Assembly: GCA_950097015.1 (NCBI GenBank)
Contig: CATNEN010000041.1
Span: forward strand, 558,001 to 622,000
Direction: 5' to 3'
Length of the DNA stretch: 64,000 bases
Source: Macrostomum hystrix
Lineage: Eukaryota > Animalia > Platyhelminthes
Below the pieces are notes generated by a model. It did not search any database. It was not told the origin of the DNA and was given only the letters and a program-made list of their open reading frames with translations. The translations under genes were made by a program, and so were the position numbers. Each line of letters begins with the position of its first letter. The stretch's first letter is position 1. Positions 10,157 to 23,456 of this stretch are shown piece by piece.

Positions 10157-11512
10157 ATGGAATCCTCCGACGAATATTTTTTACGGATGACGATTCGCTG
10201 ATCCGAACGATTCGTTCGGACTATACAAACAAGAGGGCGTGGAAGTTTTTTGAAAGACTGCATTGAGGAGGAACAAGTTCCAAAACTGGTGATGGACTGG
10301 CGTGACTGCACTGACGATGAGGTGAGGAAACTGTTTGGGATTGTTCTGCTGATGGGCCTGGACAAGAAGCCGGAGCAACTACTGGAGCCAGGATCCTGTT
10401 TACCATTGCTATTTTCTATCCCAGCCCAACGCTCTCTCAATGGATAGATTCAAGCAAATTCTTTCCTGCATGCGCTTTTACGACTTCACGGATGTACAGG
10501 AGGGACGATTAGCCAAAATGCATCCGTTTTTGGGCCTGGTGCAGCAGGCGAGCCGCGACAACTACATGTCACAACAACACATTTCCGTGGATGAGACGCT
10601 AGTCCTGTACAAGGGACGCCTAATATTCAAGCAATATATCCCTACAAAGAGGAGCAGATATGGCATCAAACTGTACTGCTTGTGTGAGTCCGAGACTGGC
10701 TACCTGTGGAATTTTGCTATCCATTCCACGGAGGAAGCAAATGGTCAGTTTGCACAGGGACTCGAGTGTGGAAACCTGTCCATCAGTGAGCGGATTGTGG
10801 TGGAGCTGTGCCGCGAGCTCCTTCAAATGAACTACAACTTATTTACGGATAGCTGGTTTACATCCTATCGTCTTGCAACCTGGCTACTGGCGAATGGCAC
10901 TCGTCTCACCGGCACCGTTCGCAGCAACCGTGGCGTTCCGCAGCTGCTACAACAACTGCAGGTTCAACCCACAAGTGCTGCGTTCGCGAGGAACGGCGAA
11001 GTGCTTGCCTGCAAGTTCGTGGACCGCAAGAACAGCGGGACGAAGAAAGTTTACTTCCTGGACACTGCTCGGCAAGCTGCGTGCGTGAACGTGCCTCGCG
11101 TCCGTCGCGGAGGTGAGCAGCAGGTGGTGGCCAAAGCCAGTGACCGTGATGGCCTACTCAAAGAGCATGGGTGGCGTCGATCGCATGGATTCGGCAGTGA
11201 CCCCCTACATCGCTAATCGGAAGACACTGCGTTGGTTTCATAAGCTCGCGTTTCACCTGCTGCTGCTGCTTCTGGTTCGCAACTCGTGGATCGTCTACCG
11301 CCAGCACGGTGGCACCAAGCCCTTTGTCGAGTTTCTTGGTAATGTGATCAGCATTTTGGTAGATGAGACTGGCAGGGGCAGGCGAATCTTCATTGTCAGG
11401 GCAAATGCAGCGGCTGGTGTACGCTCGTACCGGCAGGTCCGGCACAGCACTCTCCGAGCAAAGTACCGCTTACAGCTGCTCACGTTCGGCCCCGCAATCG
11501 ATGCCGCGTGCT
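10157..11512 (+). pseudogene. piggyBac transposase copy 2, frameshifted, truncated inside the Cys-rich domain
   Basis: VDET, KQYIPTKRSRYGIKLY, FTDSWF, MGGVDRMD. Clearly related to copy 1. Ends at RPRNRCRV where the IS630-like TIR begins. Confidence 0.9.
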
Positions 11513-11681
11513 CGACTTTGGCAAAAGTGACTTCAATTTCGGCAGCCCAGAGAAAAAGCATACGCCTGCCAGCAACATCTCTATGGTCAACTGTGGTAGA
11601 ATCGGTTAAAGCGTGCATTCAACTTTGGCAAAAGTGAGCGAATTTTGGCAACTCAACCGAACAATATGCCGAACGCGCGTA

Positions 11682-13020
11682 GGGCTATCCCAAAAATAAG
11701 TTTCGCTGCATTATAAATTTTCTTAAGTACATTTTTGGCAAACGCGGTTAGTCATTCCTGAATCTATATGTCCATGGCAAAAGGCACCAAAAGTTTTAAA
11801 GCAAATGCAGTCTCACAAGCTGCAGGGCATCAAGTTAAACACAGCTTCGTTTGCAATAATGGCCACTTCGGCTTCGTTCACACGATACGACGTGAGAAAC
11901 ATCATCAAGTTTTCAGTTTTGGCTGGCAAATCAACATCAGAGATTCATGAAGAGCTTGGACAAGTTCTAAAGAAGATGCTCCATCAATTCAAACGGTTCG
12001 GAAATGGGTCCGTGAAGTTCAAGGAGGCAGGCTGTCGATGGAAGACAAAGAGAGCGGTCTGTAAGGCCAAGAACAGCCACCACTGATGCAAATGCAGAGC
12101 GTGTCAAAGCTGCAGTCACTGTTGACAGCAGATTGACTTGCAATGAGATCGAGGACCTCCTGGACATTCCTCACAGCACAGTGCATCGCATTATTATTGA
12201 GCAGCTGAACATGCAGAAGATCTTCGCAAAGTGGGTGCCTCTTCTCCTGAATGAGGACCAAATGAAGGAGAGGGTGACACTGGCGAAAGAGCTCCTTCGA
12301 CGGTTTAATCGATCAGCAACTATCTCAGCAGAATTGTGACAGGAGACGAGACATGGGTCTACGAGTGGGATCTTGAGCTCAAGCGCCAGTCAGCACAGTG
12401 GCTTCCAAGGGGATCAGCGAGTCCTGAGAAGGTTTAACGGAAGCAGAGCTCCTTGAAGGTGATGCACATAGTCTTCTTTGACATCCATGGGGTCCTGGTG
12501 GACTGGCCAGTGCCAATCGGCACCAAGGTGAATGCAGAATATTACCGATGGGTACTGCAAGAAAAATTGAGGCCAGCCATCAGGAAAAAGCGGCCTGGTT
12601 TGCTGGAGAGAGGCGTGATTTTTCACCACGACAACGCACCTGTGCACCGCGACAGAAGAGTGGAGGAGCTCCTGGAGTCCTGGAACTGGGAGGTCCTGGC
12701 ACAGCCACGCTATTCACCTGATTTGGCTCCAGCGGACTTCTATATATTTCCCAGAATGAAGGAGAGCCTTCGTGGACAACGTTTTGCCTCTGTGGAGCAG
12801 AAAAACAACAACGCTTCATCAGCTTTGCGGCATCTGGCCACGGGCGGCTGCGATGCTGCCTTTCAAGCGTGGGTACGGCGCTGGCAAAAGTGCGTGGACC
12901 TTGGCGGAAAATTTGTTGAGTAACTATGACCTTTTTTGACTACTGTTAAAGTTTTAAGACTTTCCTTCAAACTGTTCGCTTTTTATTGTTGACCGAAACT
13001 TACTTTTGGGATAGCCCTCG
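11682..13020 (+). mobile_element. mariner (DD34D) element copy 2, frameshifted
   Basis: TIR GGGCTATCCCAAAA(A/G)TAAGTTTCG at both ends. TA duplication at 11680-11681 and 13021-13022. Transposase 11859-12923 with WVP, GDETW, HHDNAPVH, YSPDLAPAD. Confidence 0.92.
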
Positions 13021-13623
13021 TATATCGCTGCAGGATCGAGAACGGCTGGTGCGCAGCAAACATAAAGAGAAACACGGCCGACACAACTATCCACAGGTTT
13101 GTCACTGAAGATCGCGTTGCGCTGAAGCAACGAGGAGGAGCCGTGAGGCCAAAATTTACACCACCAATGTTAAATGCTGTGACTCGGTTTGTTGAAGAGA
13201 AGCCCACCATAACGTTGAGGGAGATAAAAGAGAAGATGGAAGCCGAACTTCCAGGCGCACCTGGCGTGTCGGTGCAGGCGATCAGCCGTCGCCTGGACTG
13301 TACTCTGTACATCACGCTGAACGACGTTCGGCGAGTGCATGAGCACTGGAATTCGGATATCACCAAGGCGGCGCGCTTCGACCACATGCAGTGGTTTATG
13401 GAAGCCGGCATCTTCGCACACAATCTCATCTACGTGGACGAGTTTGGCTGTAATTTGTGGACGGCAAGGACAAAGGGATGGGCAGGTGCCGGTGAACGTG
13501 CCGTCATGATGTCCGACAGCCAGTGCGGACAGAATCTGACTGTCGTCCTGGCAATCAGTCCGCAGCTTGGATTGGTACACCTTCGACACCATACTGGAGG
13601 CTTTACCGAAATCAAGTTCCATG

Positions 13624-13918
13624 TGTTGTACGTCTCATGCACACAAGCCTCGTCCCATAACCGTTTTGTACTACATATTATTGTCTTACTTCGATGGTTT
13701 GGCAGAGCCTCTCCCATTTCTTATTTCAAGTCCACATTTATGTCTATGTCTTATTCTGTCTCTTTCCCAGCAGTCGTTCCTGTGTGCGCGCCGTTAATGT
13801 GTTCTGATGCTCTCTTTATGCTCGAGGCTTGACTGACTAAATAAAGTGCTAGCTCGGTAGCAGCTAAGAGATCCAGTTGTTGATAACCCACGACGAAGCT
13901 CTTCCTTGGGTCACATCA
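13624..13918 (+). mobile_element. Solo LTR (295 bp) with 5-bp target duplication
   Basis: Starts TGTTG, ends CATCA, contains AATAAA. Flanked by CCATG at 13619-13623 and 13919-13923. Removing it restores the transposase frame (GFTEIKFHEFMNEF). Confidence 0.85.
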
Positions 13919-15318
13919 CCATGAGTTCATGAATGAGTTTAGTGCATTGGTGGACGACCCATTTGTTGTACTGGCAGGCAATGCTAGGCCGCACGGTAAC
14001 CAACTCAACCTTGGCCGAGAAGATCAGTCCATTCGCTACATGCCGCCGTATTCACCTTTCTGAACGCTGCGGTGATCGCCTGTTTGAAGGCAGATCTCAA
14101 GAGGCGCCTGACTGAACCCTGCATCGTGCAGGGGCTTCACGACAGGCATGCTGCAGCGCAGGCTGAAGAGACGCTGCAGCATCGTCGACTGCGCATTCTG
14201 ACGGCTCAAGTTGAGGCAGCGTCCAGTTCCATCACCGCCGAAAAATTTCGGCAGTGGCACGAACACGTGCTGAGCTACGGACCCCGCTGCCTCACCTGCA
14301 ATGACATTGATCAGTGATGGTATTCAATGACTTCAACAGTAACAACGACAGTATCGTGCTTTGTGCTTAAATCTAGTTTCCTAGTCCGTTTGTTACCGTT
14401 TTCCGTTCAGTTGATTGTGTTGCCAAAATTCGCTCACTTTTGCAAAAGTTGAATGCACGCTTTAACCGATTCTACCACAGTTGACCATAGACATGTTGCC
14501 GGCAGGCGTATGCTTTTTCTATGGGCTGCCAAAATCGAAGTCACTTTTGCCAAAGTCGGGCTTGAAAAGGTATATTAGCACATCTTCTGCGTTCTGCTAA
14601 TCTACAAATTTTCTACCGTTAACTAACACACACTTAAAGTATATTAACACCATGCCAGGAGGCCACCCGGCAGCACCGTCATATATTGTGGATCCAAACT
14701 CCCTTATTATTTCCCCTGCTGAATTTGGACACGACATTTGACGCTCATCATATCATTGTTTCCCATTGTTTAATTGTTTCCCATTGTTTCAAAATTATTT
14801 CCCAATGTTTTCGCATCGATTGGAAATGAAACTTTTCTGAAAAACTATTGTGCATTAGAGCTCAGCTCATAGCTTCAATTAGAGCTCAGCTCATAGCTTC
14901 AATGCACAGCTTGATTCTGTTATTGTTAAGTTAGTCTATGGCATTATATTCTTTCTTTTGCAGTGCTCCCCCTTTCGGTTTCATACCACCTTTCCTTCAA
15001 GACCCCACCTAAGGCTACGCGCTCAAGATCTCACCTTTGACTTCCAAATACAAACGATAACCCCAACTTACACTGCTGAATAGAAACGGCAAGTTTGCGT
15101 TGTTCATAATCGAAACCTCGACTTACATCAAAAACTGTTTGACGAAAAGAATGCCTAAAATGGAATAAGGCAAATCCGAGGAAGGCGTTTGAGCCCACCA
15201 AGTATTCTCGTATCCGCTCGCTTCATTTCACCACTGAGGACTGAGGATCTCCCCCCCGCTTGAAGACCTACTTCGATCGCAGCACGCCACTTCGCCCCAC
15301 TACCCCACTCCACATGAG

Positions 15319-15810
15319 GTGTACTTTTCGATTTTGTACTACTTTGGCAACAGGGGACGCGAGGCTTTCCGAAATTTGACAGTGGACAGTTTTGTGTTTG
15401 AAGAGCACTCTGAAGTCAAGGTGGTTCGCATGCGCCTTGGAAAAGTGAAATGCCTCGGGAATAAGCTGAGTGCTGACTCCGCTCGAAATAAGAAGGATCC
15501 AGTGATGATAACAACCAATTCATTTAACTGTCCGGTTGCCGGTCTGCAGCTCTACCTTCAGAAGCATGCCGAATCAACACCGTCAAGCAGCTCGACATCG
15601 ACACCCAACAATTCTAAGGCCTTCTTCCGGAAGCCGAACCCCAAGACCTGGCAATCCGGTGTGTGGTACTACCACAAGCAGCTCGTGGGACTGAATTCCA
15701 TCGGGACACTAAGAAGCAGAGACAGACAGTCAGGCAGACTTTATAACGGGTGTCGCAAAGAAGGGGTAACACCTTGTGCGCTCACTGTGAGTGAGCAGTT
15801 ATGCCTATAG
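15319..15810 (+). pseudogene. Crypton-like tyrosine recombinase fragment YR2
   Basis: YFGNRGREAFRNL (catalytic Arg region), CPVAGLQLYL, FFRKP...WYY...VGLNSIG. Truncated before H-x-x-R. Confidence 0.75.
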
Positions 15811-16302
15811 CCAAGTAATTTAACAAGTCTACAGTAAACATTTGTAAGTTTTTCCCTCAAAAATTTGGTTACGAAAAATTGCTCTAGAGGCGAGTTATTG
15901 AGCATAGAAGTGTACGCTAGCTTTTCTGCCTAGCTTTGCCTACACAGCTGCCATAGACAATATTTTGCTTTAAAAAATCTTAAGGAGCATAGACTCTGAG
16001 ACGGTGTGTGTGGTACTGGCGATCCCAAGACGCTGCTGCATACGCTTGTGTTCTACATTGGAAAAAACTTCGCCCTACGTGGTGGAACAGAGCTGCACAG
16101 TCTGAAGAGAGGCCAAGAGATTCGCATTGAACTACACGATGGCAATGAAATGTTGGTGTATAGAGAGGAGCGGAGCACGAAAACTAATAATTCTGGAATA
16201 CGAAGCAATAATCGTCCATTGAAGGTTGTCATGGCGACGCACACCCCGGATCATGCGCGCTGCCTTCCATGCATCTACAAAATCTACGACGGCTACCGAC
16301 CG

Positions 16303-19300
16303 GATTTTTTTCTTGGAACACTACCGGCCCTACTTGGTAGGTCGTCATTTCAAAGTACGGACGGACCATGCAGCCCTACAGTGGCTTAGAAAATGCAACG
16401 GCGCCAAAGGAATGTTAGGTCGTTGGAACATGATCCTAGAGCAGTTCGACCAGTTCGAAGTAATTTCCCGATTGGAAGAATATGATTTTGCTATCCACTA
16501 CCGCCAGGGCAGTTGCCATGGAAACGCAGACGCTTTAAGTCGCAGGCCGCAGAGGGACGGTCCTCCTAAGAGATACCACGAAGAGTGTCCCACGTGCAGT
16601 GTCACAAAAGCTGACTCTATTCACTGCGGCGCAATAGATATTGACACGCCAGCAGGAATCATCGACTTGCAAGACAGTCAACCAGAATTAATCTTATTAA
16701 AAAACCGACTCATTCACGGTGAGCCCTGTCCACCCAAGACTGAATGGGCAGGCCTGAGTCGAAGTTACAAGTCATTATATAGCGATTACGACCAGTTAAT
16801 AGTCAAAAACAATGTCATTTACAGAGTGTGGCACGACGCCGAAAATAGAAAATTCGAGCAGATAGTGCTACCCGAGAACCCAGAGCTAGAGAATCAGCTA
16901 TTTCGATCTTACCATGATCAGATGGCCCATGGCGGCATTTCAAAAACTAAAGATTTGATTCGCCAGAGATTTTGGTGGCCTAATTATTCGACTAATTTAG
17001 AGAAATACATCAAAACTTGCGCCGAATGTCAGACTAGGAAGAAGTCTGGTCCGAATCTGAGAGCACCATTAGAGCCAGAAGTCAGCGGCTACATGGGCGA
17101 GAAAGTACACATCGATTTTGCAGGCCCATTTAACGCCACAGCGAGGGGAAATAAATATCTCCTGCTGATGGTAGATCATTTTACAGGATGGCTGGAAGTT
17201 AAAGCTTTAAGGGACTGCACGGCTGAGAGCACAGCCTGGGCCCTCTACACAGAGTGGATCACGCGTCACGGAGCTCCGGAAGCTTTTGTGTCGGATCGTG
17301 GTGCTTCTTTTATTTCTGAAGTAGTAAAATCATTATCAGACAATTTTAAAATAGATCTCCGCCATACCGCAAGTTATCACCCGCAGGCTAACGGCCGCTG
17401 CGAGCGGATGGTGAGAGTTGTAAAAGACAGTATTAGATTATCCCAGAGTGAGCTTGATTTAGCATGGGACGAAGTGCTCCCACACGCCTTGATGGTGCAG
17501 AGAAGTACTGTTAGCGAAAGTAACAAGTTCAGCCCATTCGAATTAATGTACGGGAAAAAAATGCGGCTTCCGGTTGACGCCGAACTCGGTCTGCCTTCAC
17601 CGGAGCGCAAAACCCGTGACAGGCACGTACATGATCTATATAGAGCGTGCATGGAGTCCTTTAGAATCGCCAGAGAGAAGCAGAAAATTTCGGTAAACCG
17701 ACAGAAAACTAATTACGACGCCAAAGCCTTTAGAAATTTCTACAAAGCAGGAGACCTGATATGGCTCGCGAATACCCAGAAATGTTTCGACAGTAACAGG
17801 AAGTGGGTCGGACCATACAGAGTCTTAGAAGTTAGGAATAATGGAAAAAATCTGAAAGTCGAGCCTGGACCTAAAGTTGATGGCATAGAACAGCCAGCAA
17901 GAATTCATGATGTGATCACTGTAGACAGAGCAAAACCCTGCCATCTTAGAGACGACCAGTTGCGGCAGTGGCGAAATGGAGATGACCGCCCTGTCGAAGA
18001 AGAAGACTCAGAAGAGTCTAGCATTCAAATAGAAGTCCAGAGACCAAGCTTAGGAAATCTAATCCACCGAGACAGAGAAGGTGAAGGTGCTAGAGATAGA
18101 GTCAGCGAAAGGGATAGAATTCAGAATACTGATAATACCAGTCCACAGACAGAACAACAGAACAGTCCACAGACAGGACAACAGACCAGTCCACAGACAG
18201 GACAGGTAGAAAGAAACAGTCCGCGGACTCCACCCAGAGCGGTGAGCCCGGACGAGACGCCAGCTAGGCAGAGCCCGGGGCTAGCCAGTCCGCCAAGACA
18301 GGCGACTGCGGGTCGCATTCCGACTCCTCAGCGAGGGGGCACACCTCCGGCAGCAGCCTGGGGTCGGCGGCTGAGAGACCGCGCGAACATTAGGCCCCCT
18401 GCGTATTATTATCATTGAAATCTTCTTAAGTGACTAAAAAAATCCGCCGAGACCATGAAGGTTACAATGTCAAGAAAGTGAAAGTGAGACGTGAGAGAGT
18501 TAACTGAAGGAATTGTCTCCATTTTATTGCTTCGATTTGGCTACTGAGAATTAAGTTATGACAGTGTCAGACCCATGTTTTAGATTTTACTTGAATCCGA
18601 AGGGAGTTGTGACTGTGAGATATTGTTACGGTATGCTAATATTACTGGGATAATACAGCTACATGCAAAGCTGCGGTCAGGAAGATCGGCCAGCTTGTAG
18701 TGCTAGTTATGAATAATTTAAGATGAAAATTCGGCTCAGATTTAGTCTGCAGTCTGGAGAAAATAGAAGGCATTCCAGATGGTTGCCATGGACGCGTAGC
18801 ACAACCAGAAAAGTTAACGATCAACGCAAGTTGAGTTGTAAATTACTACTCATTACTACTTACATATATTAAACGTCCTGGGACATGACGTTAAACTGTA
18901 CCGAAGTAGAGTAATTAACGTCCTGGGACATGACGTTAAACTGTACCGAAGTAGAGTAATTAACGTCCTGGGACATGACGTTAAACTGTACCGAAGTAGA
19001 GTAATTAACGTCCTGGAGGCAAGACGTTAAACTGCACCGTAGCTATAAAGCGCGAATTATGTACCGAATTACGTCCTAAAGCATTAATTTATAGTTCATC
19101 GATTAACCCATCATTGCAGGGCAATGATTGCGACAAATAAAGAGGAAAATTGAGCCTTGTCTAAGTCGTAGAGTCTGAGTTCTGTTCGCCGTGCTTGGAG
19201 AGTCCTTTACGAATTATTGTCTTGAATTTATCAGTTTCCGCTGTCAAGAAAACAGTGAAGACCCCTACTCCACCTCTTTTAGGAGGGGGGAGGTGGTGAG

Positions 19301-21162
19301 AGTGTATCATGTTCGATTTTTTGTGCCGTGCATTATTAGTTATTGTCGCCGTGTCGGTTATTGTAAAATACGTTCATTTTCTTGCTTCTATCGCTTAATT
19401 TCAAATTGCTGGTAAAACTTTTTGTCAGAATAATGCTCCGCTATTTTTGTGAAGTTACTGCGTTCTTGTATTGTTGCCGTGTGTCCCAGTTGCATTGTCC
19501 CGTTGTTTTTGCTATTTGTCATTTGCTTAATTTAATTGTCGTTGCCTTTGTGTGTGTCATTATGGAATTTCGTTGGATTCTTTGTTATTTTTTACTCGCC
19601 GCGTTGCTACTGTTACTGTCCGCCGTGTTCGATTATTGTTTCCTATTGTTAGTTGCTTAAGTGGTCAGATGCATTGCTAAATTGTTGCTGTGTTATTTCC
19701 TGCTGTGTTGCTTAATTATTACTGCTTATTGCTTAGTTATTACTCTGCCGAGTTGCGACTGCTTTGTATTGCTATTGCTCAGTTATTATTCGAATTGAAT
19801 TTGACTCCTGAACTTTTTAATATATATTTTTTTTCAGATTTTTGCTAAGATAGTCGTAATACTTTATTTCGCACGAATTCAAACTTTTAGCGAGTTACGT
19901 ATTTCATCCGCGAATATTTATTTGGTCTTTGTTAATTTTCGAATCGATATTGTCATGTTACAAATTTTTCCTCATTTTCCCTACTTCTTTTAGGAGGGGG
20001 GAGTGTAGTGTCAGCTTGTTTGTACTTCTATCTCCCCGTGTTATTTTTCAGTGCTTAATTATCTATTTTTAGACGCGTGTGTTTTTTGCTAAGAGTCACC
20101 CACGCCAAGCCGGGCCGGACCAGCTGGGGGAACGGACGCCCACCACCCCGCGAGCGCTACCCCTGGGCTACGGTCCCGGCCAATCAGCGAGCGACCTGGC
20201 CTCACTACCTGTCTACCCTCGGCATGAAGCAACCCCGGGGCTCAGAACGGCGGTCGCAAGTCTACTGTGATTTGTCACCTCGGCTCAAGCTACAGCCAGG
20301 CATCCACCTCGCCGATCGACCTAGTTTGGGGTTGAAATGACTCTATATAACGAAGCGTGTTTTTGTAGTCCAAAATTATATTTTTCTGCAATCCGCCTCA
20401 CACTGTGAGAAGCACGTGCAAATTATCGCTATCGGCAATTTGCCTCACACTGTGAGAAGCACGCGCCAGCAAATTAAGTCCACTTGTTTTGTCCTTCCCC
20501 GCCCGACCACGCTCCGCTTGTTCAGTTAGGTAGCTTTCGGCGCTACGCGTCTTGAGAGTGCGCCGCTGACAAGGGTGGTCTAGATAGGCGCTGGTTGTCG
20601 AAGTCAGTACGTGCTCTCTTCGGAGACTCCGCCGTCCGGCAGAAGGAGTGCCAACCGATAGGATTTGTCGGGGCAGCGCTGAAAGCAGAGACAACCGGAG
20701 CCTCTCGGGAAGAGTAGGGCGCGGATTAGGCCAGTTAGGTAAAATTGTTATATCCAAATTGTTAGGCCAGACTTGCTTCTCACTGTGAGCGCGCTATAAT
20801 TTAATTCTGTGCGAACATCTATTCTGTCAGTATAACTTTTAAGTCAAGTAAACGATATTCAAAGTAATTCCTATTCGTATCTGGAATCTTAGTCACAGCT
20901 GATCAAATCACTTCTAATCAAATTATTCGAGTCTTGTGTTCACACTGTGTTATTCCTTTTTCATTGGGAGTTTCGCCGGGCCGGAGGACGACATTTCCTA
21001 TTCCGCTTCGCTTGCTACCCTAGTACTCTAACGCTATTTAATTTCAGATTCCCTGCTGCTATTGAAACGATTGGTAGGACACCGACCCCGGTGAATAGTG
21101 AATAGTCGCTAGCTTTAAAATTCCTCTCGCTCCAGCTAGGACATTCATTTTATTACACTACG
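16303..21162 (+). mobile_element. Gypsy LTR retrotransposon 1, 5'-truncated (end of RNase H, integrase, long 3' region, 3' LTR)
   Basis: FFLEHYRPYL...RTDHAALQWL (RNase H end). Integrase HHCC (H...HGG...CAEC) and DDE (IDF, SDRG, ERM). Polypurine tract 19992-20003. LTR TGTAGTGT (20004) ... ACACTACG (21162). Confidence 0.88.
18870..19030. repeat. 45-bp tandem repeat (about 3.5 units) with an 8-bp palindrome, inside the Gypsy 1 3' region
   Basis: Unit TTAACGTC-CTGGGACAT-GACGTTAA-ACTGTACCGAAGTAGAGTAA starting at 18870, 18915, 18960 and 19005. Confidence 0.9.
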
Positions 21163-21673
21163 CTCTGCACGCCGGAGGAGTAGTCGCGTCTATTGAGCCT
21201 ACATTGAATCCTGTTTCTGAAGAGATCAGTGTTCCCCCGAAGAAGAAGATGCGTATGATCGTCAACGGTGAGGCTAACACGGTAGAGATCACGTTTGAGT
21301 GATTTTCTGGTGAACTTGCGAACAATAGAACGAACGAGCAATATAAATTGATTTGCTGAACGTTGTTACGCTCGTACTTTTGGTGTCTTTTAATAAAGTA
21401 AAGTTTAAAATACAAAGTTCACTGGCCACGTTTTCAGGCCTGTGAACTGGTTACTTGGCCTCGTTTCGAGTTCTCAGGCTTCATATTTTAGTGAGGTTTG
21501 GCCATAGACGGTCATTCCACTGGTAAAGAAAGAGCCTAAAAATCAAGCGCGAGCCCTCATATCTGTAGGTTAACCTATTAAAACACTAATGCCTTTTATG
21601 TGTAGACTTGTGCCTCGTGAAACAAAGCTTTTTGAAATAGTTTTTCATCCAGTGTCAGTAATCCGTCAGTGAC

Positions 21674-23104
21674 ATGGATCCGTTGGGTCAACCTGGAGCG
21701 TTGGACTGGTTAGATGAGTTGTTCGAACCAGCTAATTGAACAACAACTGGGGTATCAGAACCAACAGATTCGATGCGGCCTGTTATTATTAGGGCTGAAA
21801 CAGCTTCTGCATCTACATCCTCAGTGCGATTCGTTAAGCTAGATGAAGCTGATATTGAAGCGAAACTGGCCGCCGCTATTCCGAACAATACGCGTCGCAA
21901 AGAACAATGGGCCGTTAATATTTTCAACGAGTGGCGAAATGAGCGCCAAAGCGCAATTCTGCATGGCGATGCCAAAGGACTTCTTGCCTCCAAACAGATC
22001 GAAGAATGGAGTCGAGGCGATTGGAACGATCTTCTGAGGCGATTTTTCTTCGAGGTGCGCAAACAGGAGGGTGGCAAGTATAATGCGACAAGTCTGAAGG
22101 ACATTTTTGCCATGCTGCAGCACTATGTCATGGTTACTCTAAAGAAGGACTTTTCGTTCTGGAAAGACCCACAATTTTCGGACGCCAGAGCGACTCTCGA
22201 CGCTGCGATGAAGGAAACCGTTCGCGAAGGTAATATTCCTTCCATAGAGCAAGTGAGCCTATACCTCACGATTTTGAGCTGGCACTCTGGGAGCGCGGAG
22301 ATCTTGGTACATCTAATCCTCGGCTGCTGCTGTTTACCGTCATCATTTACATCGGCAAGACCTTTGCTCTACATGGAGGAACAGAGTTGCATGCGTTAAA
22401 ACATGACAAGAACATCATTGTGAGCAGTACTACTGATGGAGAATGTTTACTCTTCACAAAGCAGAGAGCTAATAGAACCAACAACCGTGGCTTGAAGGCC
22501 AAACCTACTCCTCCTCGTGAAATGCGTGCCTTCCATACACCTGGACACAAGCGCTGTCTTGTTTGTATTTACATGAAGTACAATGAGAAGCGCCCGGAGA
22601 ACTGCCATGTTAGCAGCATGTTCCTGAGCTACTACGAGTATCGCAGACAAGCATTGCTGCCGGAAAGTGGTATCAGAACGTAGCTCTTGGCCGCCACACC
22701 CTTGACAACATTGTTAAGGAGCTAACTAGTACTGGCAATGGCAATGGCATGCGTTTTACGAATCAATCATTAAGGAAGACCTGCGCAACTGAATTACGAA
22801 AGGCTGGTTTCGAACGAGCTGACATTGCTAGGGTCACGGGTCATTCAAGCAGTGCTATAGAGCGATATATTCGTCTCGACAGTACTGTCCATGTGCGCAT
22901 CTCAGACGCGTTGCACGCAGGCCATGCAGGGGGTACCACTACCACACTGACCAATCTACCAACGCATGCTACGGCTCTATCTGGTGCTACTGCCACTGGG
23001 GGGGCATTACTGCCTTATTTGCAACTGAAGACCATCGTCCTGCGAAGAAGATGAAGATTGGGGCGAACGGAGAGGAGAACTGTGTAACCATCACATGGGA
23101 GTGA
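21674..23104 (+). pseudogene. Crypton-like YR4 (ZMYM/DUF3504-type), full length but degenerate
   Basis: NTRRKEQWAVNIFNEW, FFFEVRKQEGGKY, FALHGG (catalytic Arg replaced by His), FTNQSLRKT (His replaced by Gln), TGHSS, ERY. Several frameshifts. Confidence 0.85.
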
Positions 23105-23456
23105 CAATCTACTTTTATTCCTTCAATAACGTGAACTTTCGGTGATCTGTTGTTCTTGTTCTCGCGTTTCGCGAATTCGTTTTTTGTGTTCATCCCATTT
23201 CCTGACGCTCCAAGTCCTCAAATCGTTTCTCAGGCCTCAAAACGAGGACTGAGAAACGGTTTAGAGCCTCGTAAAATAAAGCGTTTACCATAGACAGTTG
23301 GTTATTCTACAAAAAAGTAAAACCTCGTTAAACGATACATTAAATAGTTGTAGTAGGTTAAGTATACATTCTCCTCCTTTTCTCAGTGTGGCTATGGAAA
23401 ATAGCATCCGAGGACTTTTTTCCATAGACATATTGAGAAAAGGAGGAGAAAATATA

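Larger units (their letters stand above)
11513..14570 (+). mobile_element. IS630/Tc1-like element A with about 150-bp TIRs, containing nested mariner and solo LTR
   Basis: 11513-11652 is the reverse complement of 14419-14558; the left TIR lacks the outer 12 bp. Right end ...TTGAAAAGG then TA. Transposase ATG at 11666 resumes at 13021 and runs to 14317 (VDEFG, NARPH, PPYSPF). Confidence 0.88.
15984..21302 (+). pseudogene. Crypton-like YR3 (ZMYM/DUF3504-type), split by Gypsy 1: pieces 15984-16302 and 21162-21302
   Basis: The 5' piece has GKNFALRGGTELHSL...RCLPCIYKIY. The 3' piece ALHAGG...PPKKKMRMIVNGEANTVEITFE* aligns by eye with the YR4 C-terminus RPAKKMKIGANGEENCVTITWE*. Confidence 0.75.

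Noticed and set aside
19300-19990. Antisense or env-like ORF in the T-rich Gypsy 3' region
   Set aside because: The minus-strand frames I read contain frequent stops, and the plus-strand hydrophobic ORFs reflect T-richness.
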